From Cyanophora paradoxa CCMP329 (lineage: Eukaryota > Plantae > Glaucophyta): a DNA stretch of 64,000 nucleotides. Positions 11,350 through 25,685 of the stretch are shown here, piece after piece (the stretch's first letter is position 1; every line of letters starts with the position of its first letter). The position numbers and the translations under genes are program-made. The notes beneath the pieces were generated by a model that made no database searches, was not told where the DNA came from, and saw only the letters and a list, made by a program, of their open reading frames with translations. The stretch spans positions 32,502-96,501 of the forward strand of contig QPMI01000228.1 in NCBI GenBank assembly GCA_004431415.1, in the 5' to 3' direction.

Positions 11350-11967
11350 ATGGCGGACGACGCGTTCCCGCTGCTGTCTGACGGTTCGCGCTTCTGGCAG
11401 GTGATGCGCGGCGCGCGGGAACCGGCCGCCAGCGGCCTCAACGCCGCCGGCCACCTGGGCACTGTGCGGGCCGCGGTGTGCGTGGTCGGCGCGCTCGTCT
11501 GCCAGGCCCAGGAGCTGTGCGCCGGGGCCGGGGCGCCGGCGGCGGACGAGCTGAACGGGCTGGCGTTCACCGCCACCGTGAGCCTGGCGGCGCTGCTGGA
11601 CAGCGTCGCGCACTACTGCGAGCGCGCGCAGCCGCGCGGCCCGTACCGCCGCGACGGCAACATATACTTCGCAAGCTACCCGTTCGCGCAGAGCGATTTC
11701 CGATTCGTCGCGGAGGCCCGCGCGCGGCTCGGCGAGCTGGCGTTCGCCGGCAAGCCGTTCGCCACGCTCGTCAACGAGCTCAAGCACCACTGCCCGCACG
11801 TCGGCCAGCCGTCGCTCTTCGGCCGCACGGGCCACTGCGACCTGCACGACGGCACGGGCCGCGGCTACGTGTACGACGTCCTCGTGCCGGCCTATCGGAT
11901 CGCGCGCGACACCGTCGCGCGCCTCGCGGCCCTGTCGCCGCCGCCGCCCGGCTTCCCCCACCCGTGA
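11350..11967 (+). CDS. Intronless protein B, putative HEPN-like helical domain; paralog of 9887-10480
   Basis: LNAAGH, ALLDSVAHYCER, IYFASYPFA, FATLVNELKH, DLHDGTGR and VPAYR align colinearly with ORF A. Confidence 0.75.
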   Translation: MADDAFPLLSDGSRFWQVMRGAREPAASGLNAAGHLGTVRAAVCVVGALVCQAQELCAGAGAPAADELNGLAFTATVSLAALLDSVAHYCERAQPRGPYRRDGNIYFASYPFAQSDFRFVAEARARLGELAFAGKPFATLVNELKHHCPHVGQPSLFGRTGHCDLHDGTGRGYVYDVLVPAYRIARDTVARLAALSPPPPGFPHP

Positions 11968-12024
11968 TGAACGTGAACATACGTGCCACCCAGCACGCTC
12001 GCGGGTCGGGTGCCGGTCCTGGGT

Positions 12025-12114
12025 GTCGAGCGTGCTGTATAAACCGACTATAGGCGCCGTCACCATGACGGTGACGGTAAACCCTGCGGAGTTGAATCGA
12101 GGGTTCGAGTCCCT
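12025..12114 (+). repeat. Structured island repeat, copy 3
   Basis: GTCGAGCGTGCTGTATAAACCGACTATAGGCGCCGTCACCATGACGGTGACGGTAAACCCTGCGGAGTTGAATCGAGGGTTCGAGTCCCT. Confidence 0.9.
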
Positions 12115-12463
12115 ACGAAACCTGAATGAGACCTCGCATGACGTCCGGGTCCATGTAGCCGGCGGTGAGCATGAGCGCGAGCCCTGACGTCATTGTAAGC
12201 TTTGCCGGGCCGACGCGCCCGACCATGAACGTGAGGAGCAGCATCACCACGCCGAGCGGCGCGCTTCCCTTCCAGCCGAAGCGGCCGTGGAGGCCGCGGA
12301 AGGCCTTGTACAGGCCGTACGGCGCCGTCGTGGCCAGCAGCAGCACCAGCGCGTAGAGCGTCAGCTTGAGCTCGAGCTCGCCGCCGTCATCCTCCGCGGC
12401 CTGCTGCTGCGGCTGCGTCGTCGAGGCCTGCGCGCCCGGCGGTCGTGACTCGGCGTTACCCAT
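12113..12463 (-). CDS. Small intronless membrane protein with N-myristoylation motif
   Basis: Starts MGNAES (MGxxxS); about three hydrophobic segments; stop codon overlaps the end of repeat copy 3. Confidence 0.65.
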   Translation of the reverse strand: MGNAESRPPGAQASTTQPQQQAAEDDGGELELKLTLYALVLLLATTAPYGLYKAFRGLHGRFGWKGSAPLGVVMLLLTFMVGRVGPAKLTMTSGLALMLTAGYMDPDVMRGLIQVS

Positions 12464-12497
12464 GGTCACTCATTGCGCTCGAAAAAAACGCGCGCGG

Positions 12498-12617
12498 CCC
12501 GTCGCCGACCCCACGCGCGCCGACCGTCGAGCGTGCTATGGGATGAATCCGATCCGTCACGGGTCGAAGGCCGGCGGACGCGTCGCCGTCACCGACGGTG
12601 ACGCGTCACCGTGACGC
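12498..12617 (+). repeat. Leader half of the island repeat (copy 4) followed by a GTCAC/GTGAC palindrome cluster
   Basis: CCCGTCGCCGACCCCACGCGCGCCGACCGTCGAGCGTGCT matches 9691-9729; then GCCGTCACCGACGGTGACGCGTCACCGTGACGCG. Confidence 0.8.
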
Positions 12618-12864
12618 GCGATCATGCGGGAAGCCGGAAAATGCGAGCGCGAAATGCCGCGCGCGCGTTTTCCTGCGGTCGCGTTTCCCGGCGCTGCGAA
12701 CTGGGCCCCCGAATGACCTCCCGAGCGCCGGCCTCCGAACCTCATTCCACTCGCCCAGCGAGATTCGCAAAGCCTCAGCGCTAGCTAGCAACTCACGGTG
12801 CGCGCGGTTTTCCCTTGGCTGCAAAACTTGGCTGACTTTTCCCTTTGCGCGCAGATCTCTCAAG

Positions 12865-14444
12865 ATGAACTCTGCCAAGTCCGACCTCAAGGGCAAGGGC
12901 GCTCTCACGGTAAGGGGATTTTGCCTTGGTGAAAAGCGCATGCCTTGGCTGATTTTGCCCGTTTTGCCGCAGCCCTCTGCGTACTTCACGATGCTTCAGG
13001 AGTTTGTCGTCGAGCCCGATTTCCCCTTCGACGAGCGCCGCTGTTTCCGCCTCAACCACGAGGGCCTTGTGCTCGCCGTGCCGGTGCGCGGGGCTTGGCT
13101 TGCCGATTGAATCGCCTCTAACTCCCGTCCGTCTTTGGCGCAGGCGGACAAGGCCACGTATGTCATGCAGCTTGTCGACAAGGACAAGCAGTCCCGCGTC
13201 CCCGAGGTCATCGACATGACCGATATCGAGGACGAGCCCGCCGGCCAGGGCCCCCCGCCCCCCGCCCCGCGCGCCAAGGGTCCGTGACTCTGCCGAAATT
13301 TCTCGCATGACGTCACGCTGACCTTTTTCGCGCCACAGCGGCCGTCCCCTTGAACTTCCCCAGCCTGGCTGCACCGGCGGCCGCGGCGGCCGCGGCGCCT
13401 GTGGCGGGCCCTTCGAGCCAGCCGGCCGCGGGCCCTTCGAGCAAGCCGGCCTCGGCGGCCTCTACGTCGGACGACGACGACGACAACGTGCCGCTGAACC
13501 GCTGTGAGCCCCGCCCCTTGCCCGCGTGCCTGCCCACGCTCACCGCCTTGCCGGCAGTGAAGCGCGGCCGGGACTCTGAGACTGCCGCCGCCAAGCCCGC
13601 CGCCGCCAAGCCCGCCGCTGCCAAGCCCGCCGCCGCCAAGCCCGCCGCCGCCAAGCCCGCCGCCGCCAAGCCCGCCGGCGGTCTCGCTGCCAAGCTCGCC
13701 GCCAAGGCTGCCAAGTTCGCTGCCAAGTTCGTTGCCGAGCCCGCGGCCAAGCCCGCGGCCAAGCCCGCCGCCAAGCCCGCCGCCGCCAAGCCCGCGAGCC
13801 CTAGTGCGTAACCCTGTTTTTCGTCTGTTTGAATAGCCCATTGACCCCCGTTGTGCGCAGAGCCGGACGACCCCACGTTCCAGCTCATCCCCTCGGCTCT
13901 GATTCCGTCGAGGCCGATCAGCCCGCCGACCCCGGCCCCGGCTGCCGCCGCCCCGGCCCCGGCTGCCGCCGCCCCGGCCCCGGCCCCGGCTGCCGTTGCC
14001 CCGGCCTCGGCCGACGCCCCGGCTGCCGCTGCCAGCGACGACGAGGACGTTGTTGGTCGCCAGATTCGGGAGGCCACTCAGAAGCCCGGCGGCAAGGACT
14101 TCCTCGACAAGGTCGCCAGCGACGCGTGGGAGAACGAGTCTGTGCGCGCCGAGTACGGCAAGCGCTACCTTGTGTGCGCATCGGAGCTTCGCATGGCCAT
14201 CATACCCACGAGCCAGCCTGTGTCTCCCAACGCGCCGAAGAACTACGTGACTCGCGAGTGCAAGGCCCGCATTGCCATCTGCAAGCGCACCGCAGAGTAC
14301 GACTACGACTACGACTACGACTACGCGGTTCAAGCGATGGGGGGTATCGATTCATATAACCAACGGCGCTCTGTCAATCCCGGGCCTGCTGCCCGGCCCT
14401 CTGTAGCTAAAATCAGTCTGATAATACCTCGGCGTTACTCTTAA
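12865..14444 (+). CDS. Hypothetical multi-exon protein with AAAKP (histone H1-tail-like) repeats
   Basis: GT-AG introns at about 12910-12972, 13084-13143, 13280-13338 and 13805-13860 join into one reading frame; GCCGCCGCCAAGCCC repeats at 13583-13793; (GACTAC)n near the 3' end. Confidence 0.6.
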
Positions 14445-14494
14445 TACGCTTCACTTGGGCGTCAGGAGCTCGGGCGACCCGCGAGCTCGCGAGG

Positions 14495-17400
14495 ATGTAT
14501 GCGAGGCGCCCCGTCGGGCCTCGGCGTCCTCTGCGCACGAATGCTAGCTGCCTAGTTCTTGTAGCAACTCTACTTGCGTGTGCGGCGCTGGCGCCATTGG
14601 CAGAGGCCTGGGTCTCCTTCGTGGAGCAGAGCTCGGATCGGCCGCCGCTCTCCTTGAGTCTCGCGCACCTCGTCATTGAGGACTCGACGGCGATCGGATT
14701 CTACAGAGCGACTCCTGGCGCGACGGGTGGCGGCCGCGATAGCAACTTCTACAACCCGAAGGTGACATGCCCTGCAGCTGCCCCCAAGCGCAACGAAGGG
14801 GCAGCGGCTGAGCGGCGGCCCGCAGAACCTGTTTGTCTCCGGCGACGTTGTCCTCGGGCGGGCGGACCCGAACACGGGGGCGCTGGTGCTGGGGGGCAGC
14901 TCGACGATCACAACAGTGACCTCGGGGGTGCCCCTGGGAAGGGACATAACGATCGCGCCCAACGGCGGCGTGCTCGCCGTCGTGGGCAGCTCCCTGCTGC
15001 AGGCGCGGGGCGTCTCCTCGCCCGCCGGCCTCACCATTTCCACCCCTTCCTCCGACCGCGACATCGTGCCCCCCCGCGCCCCCCCCGCCCACGCTACCCC
15101 TCTCGAGCGGGCGCATGGCGGCAGGTCATGAGCCCGTCGAGCTCGCAGTCGAGCTACGTCGTCAAGCTCCCCTCCAACAGCGTCCTCCAGGCCCGCCAGC
15201 CAGCCGCCCCGCCTTCCCTCCTTTGCCCCCACCCGCCGCGCCCTCTCATCGGACGCGCAGCTGCACTGCCCGGCCGGCTCGACGTGCACGTGCTCGACGC
15301 CGGCGATCGCGTGCACGGCGCCGGTGCCGGGCGTGCAGTCGAACGACGCGGCCGGCAACCTGCAGCTCCTGACCTCGGGCACGGGCGCGGCGCGCGACAT
15401 CGTCTTCAACGGCGGCAACGAGGCCGGCCGCGTGCAGATCGGCGGCTCCCGCAGCATCGCCGCCGACCCGCCCGTCGGGGGCACCTCCCAGGACCTCGTG
15501 CGCCCCGGATCAAATCCGCCCGGGCCGCCGCCCCGTGCCCGAGCGACCGCCCGCCCGCGCGGCAGCACGTGAACCCGGTGGCGGGGGGGCGGCTCTTCGT
15601 GGTGCGCGTGAGCGACCTCGCCTCCTCCACCCTCGTGGCGCGCACCGTCGCCGCCCCGCCCGCCGCCGAGGACCTGCTGCTCGAGGCGCACGGCGCGGGG
15701 CACGTCGTGCTGCAGAACAACGCCAACGGGAAGGTCTTCGTCGCCGGCCGCCGCATGATCTCCACCCTCCACGGCGCCGGCGACGGCAAGGACAACCTCG
15801 ACCTCACCCTCCAGGCGGTGCCCCCCCCTCCCCCCGGTCCTCGAGCCGGGCGGGGCGTGAGGGGGCGGGGCAGGGCGGGAGCGCGGCGGTGCGGGTCGGG
15901 GGCAGCAGCCCGACGGTGGCCTCCTTCGTGGACGGCGCCGGGGCCGCCGAGCTCCGCGTCAACTCCCACCTCAACGGTGCCCCCGCGCGCGAAGCCCGCC
16001 CCGCCCCCGCCGCCCCGCCCCGCTCACCGCCGCCGCAGGCTCCGTGGTGATCAACCACCCCGCGGTTCCGCGCACGGGCACGCGCGGCCGCCTCGTCGTC
16101 GGCGGCCGCCGCACGCTCGCCTCCCTCGGGACGAACGCCGACATCGTCTTCTCGCCCCCGGAGTCCCGCCGCCTGCTGGTCTCGGGCCTGCAGCCGCGCC
16201 TCACGGCCGCGCCCACGAACGCGAGCGCCGGGCTGAGCCTCCGCATCAACGCCGGCGCCGCCTCCGCGGCCATCTCCCTCCTCGCCTCGGGCGCCGCCGC
16301 CGGCCAGGGCGAGGCGCGCGCCCCGCCCCGCCCCGCGCCCCCTGCCCCGCCCTGAGCGCCGCCGGTGCAGCTGCGGGTCGGGGGCGAGCGGGTGGTGGCG
16401 ACGGCGGGCGGGGACCTGACGCTCACGCCGCGGGCCAGCGGGCGTCTCCTCGTCGGGCGGTCGACCCCCGGTGGCCCCCAGGCCGTCATCCAGGCCGACG
16501 GTCCGCCCTCTTCTCCGCGTCGCGCCCCGCGTCGCCGCCGCCTCGCGTCATTCGGCGTGCAGGAGCCGGCATCCCGAACGCGCACCTGCACCTCCTGGGC
16601 TACGGCACCACCACCTCCAACGTCGGCAGCGTGCGCCCGCCCCGCCCCGCCCCGCCCCCTCCGCCGGTCGCGAGCGCGGGCGCCAGGTGTACTTCAACCC
16701 GGACGTGAACACGGGCAGGCTCTTCATCGGCGGCGAGCGCCGCATCGAGGCCCAGACCGCGCGCCCGCCTCCCCGCTCCTTGCCTCGACTTCCATCTGAG
16801 AGGGCGGCAGGACGCGTCGCCGAACAAGAACCTCCTCCTGAAGCCCGTCGCCAAGCTCCTCATCGGCGGTGCGCCGGCGCCCTCGGCCGTCACCCCTCGC
16901 CCGTCGCGTTGCTTGCTGAGCTGCGCGGGCGGACGGCAGCGTCGGCGACGATCGAGAGCGCGGCGGGGGCGACGACGGCGGACATCGCGCTCAACCCGCG
17001 CAGCGGCGGCACCGTGCGCCCCGCCCCGCACCCGCCCCGCCGGCGCCCCTCTGCCGCCCGGCCGAGCGCTCGCGGGCAGGTGTACGTGGGGGCGGCGGGG
17101 AGCGCGGCGGGGGCGAAGGTGACGTCGTCGACGGGGACGGACGCGTCGCTAAAGCTCCTCGCCGCCGACGCCTCCAAGGCCGTCCGGGCCCGCCCCGCCC
17201 CTCCCCGCTCCGCCCCTCCGCCGCGCCGGGCCGGCGCTGACGGGGCGGCAGTTCGACTCGCGGCTGCGGATGGCGGCCTCGTTCGTGGAGGCCGGCGTCA
17301 ACCTCGTCCTCGGGCGCACCCTCGGCCAGGTCCCCCCCCGCCCCGGCCCCTGCCCAGGCCCCCGCCTTCGAGTTCACGGACCCGCCTTGACGGTCGCGAG

Positions 17401-17678
17401 GGCAGGCCTCCAACGTGCTCACCATCGGGATGGCCTCCGGGGCCCCCGCCGCCGCCTGCACCGCCGGTGCCCCGCGCCCCGCCCCGCCCCTCCCTCGAAC
17501 CTTCGCCCTCAATGCTGAGGCGCCTCTTGCCCGCTCGGCGCCAGACAACGTGGGGAGCATTTTCTACGTGCACAACCCGAACTCAAATACGGCGTCGACG
17601 CCGGCCTTCCTCGCCGGCCTCAACGTCTGCGTCTGCGTGCCCCTCGCCGGCCCCACCTACGACATGAAGTGCCGCTAG
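14495..17678 (+). CDS. Secreted repeat protein, paralog of 6012-9235
   Basis: Signal peptide ..LAEA-WVS; PK-NLFVSGD; repeats GRVQIGGSRSI, DLTLTPRASGRLLVG, DIALNPRSGG; C-terminus IFYVHN..VCVCVPLAGPTYDMKC. Confidence 0.78.
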
Positions 17679-17913
17679 CGCTGCGCCTTCGTGCTTTGTG
17701 CTGTGAGCTTTCGAGTTCTGACATTAGCTTTGTCTACTTATTGAGATCTAGTCATTCAATGCAACTCTTCCAGGAGACAGACCTCGGCAAAGCTCTAACC
17801 GAGCAGGCCAACAGCGCCGCGGCGCAGAAGGGCACGCGTACGCATACGCGAGCTGCCGCCTCAGCTGCAGCGGCGCGTCCCGCGGGGCCAGGCGCGGTCC
17901 GAGAAAGAGAGCG

Positions 17914-19717
17914 CTAGCGAGAGGAGGCGGCGCGGAAGGCAGCCAGCTCGGCGCGCGTGGGGAGCCGCAGGATGCCGGCCCCCGTGTCCAGCGCCAGCGC
18001 TGCCCCCGCCCCGTGAGGCGCGGGGGCGGGGGCGAGGCGTCGGGGCGCACGGAGGCCGATGGGGACGGTGAAGTTGTTGCGGATGTGGCCCACGGGCACC
18101 TCCGCCAGCACGGGCAGCGCCCCGCTGGCCCGCCCGTCGGATCGGAGAGTGGAAAGAGACGAAAGGCGCGGGGAGGGCGCACGCGCGGAGGCGGGCGAGG
18201 CCGAGGCGCTCGCGCCAGAAGTCCTCGCGGGGGTACGACGCGTACTGGTCCCGGTAGAGGTCCGCCGCCGCGTCCTCCGCCGAGCGCCGCGAGAAGGTGA
18301 AGTCCCCCAGGACGACCCCCACCACCCCGTCAAGCAGCCCTGCGGGGCGCGCCGGCTCGCCCTCCGGGGCGGGGTGGAGGGTCGAAGGGGGGTACGCGCG
18401 CACCGGAGAGGCGCAGCTGGGCGAGCATGCGGTCCAGGCGGTCTGCGGGGGGGGGGGAGGGTACGCGACGCCGTCGCGCAGGGGTACAAAAGCAGAGTCA
18501 GCTAAAGCGAAGTCGCACAGGGCGGCTCGTCGATGTCCTCGAGGAGCAGGATGCAGCCGGCCGCCTGCGTCTGCCCCGCCCGCCACCGTCAGCCCGGGCC
18601 GGGGGCGCTTGGTTGGATGGGGCGGGGGGGGCGGGGGCCGGCACGCCTGCCAGCGCGTGCCCGCCAGCGCGGCCAGCAGCGCCAGGTTCCCTGCGCCGCC
18701 CTCTCACCCTCCTCCCCTCCCTGCTGCCGGCGGCGGCGGGGCGCGCACCGCCGACGACGGGGGCGACGGTAACCGCCTGCGCGCCGCGCTGGAGGACGCG
18801 CCCCGGGATGGGCGGCATGAGAGGCTCCCCCGGCCCCTCCGCCGCCGCCGCCTCCCCGAAGAGCGCGAGCCGCAGCCGCTCCACGCTCTCCGCCGTCCCT
18901 GCGCGCCGCGATCAAATCAGCGCCCTCCGGCAGCCGCTGCCACTGCTGAAGCGCGCCCCGCACCCTCGCAAAAGATGCCCGTCGCGACCATGGGCGCTGC
19001 GCGCGGGGAGGGGCGGAGGAGGGGCTGAGCGCGCGTGCGCGTGCCCCGGGGCAGAGGGGAGCCGAGTGGGGGCCGGGGCGAACCGTGGAAGGTGACGAAG
19101 GGGAAGACGCCGTGGAGCGCCGTCACGTCCGAGAAGCCTGCGGCGCCCTGAGCCCCCGGCAGCGCTCTCCGACCCCCGCCCGGCCCCCGCATGCGCACCC
19201 GTGAAGCGCTTGCGCGGGATGCCGGGCCCCGCCTCCAGCGGCAGAAGCTCCAGCAGCCGCGCGCACCCGTACCTGCCGCGCCGCCGCGTCGCGCCGCGCC
19301 TCTCGGGCGCGCGCGGGGAGGAGCGTTGCCGGACCCGCCGCGGGCGCAGAGGACGGCCTTGATCTCCTCGTCGGTGAACGCGTCGAGGAGGTCCCGCGCG
19401 CGCTCGTGGTCCTCCCCTGCCCCCTCCGCGTCAGCCTTGGCCTAACAGCGGATTCGAAGGCCGCCGCCGCGCTCGCTCGCCTGCGAGGTAGCCCCATCGG
19501 TTTAGGGCGTGCGGGTATACGACGGGCTCGAGGCCCCAGCTCCGCAGCACGGCGCAGCCCTGCTCCAAAACTGGACGGCGATTGTCATTTCGCATCGATC
19601 GGCGTAACTTGCCCCGCCCAGCGCACGCTTCGGGTCGATCGGGGACGATGTTGAAACGATGCCGACCTTGTCGCCGCGCTTGACCGGCGGCGGCAGCTCC
19701 CGCTCAAGTGCCGCCAT
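17914..19717 (-). CDS. LD-carboxypeptidase (peptidase S66, LdcA/MccF family), multi-exon
   Basis: PPPVKRGDKVGIVSTSSP, ERARDL..AF.D.EIKAVLCARGG, GFSDVTAL (Ser nucleophile), TFHG-PM, GGNL, LLLED (Glu), VGH (His). Confidence 0.92.
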
Positions 19718-20132
19718 AATAGTCGACGCCGGTGCCTACGTATGAACAGTTGCTGGCAATCGCCTAGGGCCCGCCGTCCCAGCTCTGCGGCGTCCGCAGC
19801 TGCAGATCGAGGCAGATCGACCGACTGCGGCAGGCCAGCAATCTCAAGCCAGAGCTCGAGTGCTGCGAGAGCGTCGCGGGCCGCGCTGCGACGTCCGACG
19901 GCGACGTCGACGACGAAGCCGCAACAGAAAAAAAGTCCGCGGTTGCGAAAAAAAGCCAGAATTTGATCCCGAATTTGATCTGGCCCCTTGGCTCCCAGGC
20001 CACATGCATATGTACAGGCATCCGAAACGCGCCCGCTTTGGTGGCATGGTGGAGAAGGGGTGCGGGGCAAGAAGTTTGGGTACAAGCAGATTCCAGGGGG
20101 GAAGTGGGAGGGAGGGGGAGTGGCGCCAGGCC

Positions 20133-25070
<4,938 letters not shown>

Positions 25071-25685
25071 GAAGTTCGCGGTGCTGCGAGGGTCGAGCGT
25101 GAGCCGCGCTTCGACTGTAATAGAGCGAAGCGAGCAACAGTCTCACTCCACATCATCAGCCGCAGAGGGTGCAGAGCGGCGGGCGCCCGGCATTTGAAAC
25201 TTTGAACCGAGGCGACTTGGCAGGGAGCCGCGCCGGCCGGGTTCTACGCGCGCTGCGGATGCTGCAGGCAGCCCAGGCGCGGCAGGTCGTCGCGGGACAG
25301 GTTCTCTCGGAAAGCGGGGGGAGAAGAGCTGGGGTCCACGAATCGGCGAAAATCGCAGTAGCCCCCCTATGAAAAACTTAAGTTTTCTGAGCCGATACGA
25401 ACGCCGTCTAGCCTAGTGCGCGAGCTTTGAGCACCTTGCAGCAGCGCAGCAGCAACATCATTGATAGAGCAACCAAGGACGTGAGCAGGACGAGCGGAAA
25501 GGGCCCGGATGCAGGCGACAGAGAGCTCGTTGAGTGACGCGCCCGGCCCGCCGGGCCTGGGCGACGGCCTCCGGGGCAAGAAGCGCAACCCTGACAGCAA
25601 GGAAGAGGTTAGCCATCGACGTACGCCGAGTGGGATCGTCCCTTTGCGACCTATCGGCGTCGGACGCGGCTAGATCAGCCCGAGA

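Larger units (their letters stand above)
9333..14344. mobile_element. Accessory island / putative mobile element remnant with cassette-like genes and structured repeats
   Basis: Four intronless ORFs in an otherwise intron-dense genome, island-specific repeats, position between two head-to-head paralogs. Possible termini TA|CCCCCC (9331-9338) and GGGGGG|TA (14339-14346). No transposase or integrase seen. Confidence 0.5.

Noticed and set aside
25194-25206. Tandem TTTGAA (CHR-like cell-cycle elements) next to the SMC5 5' end
   Set aside because: Short motif, plausible but not distinguishable from chance without comparative data.
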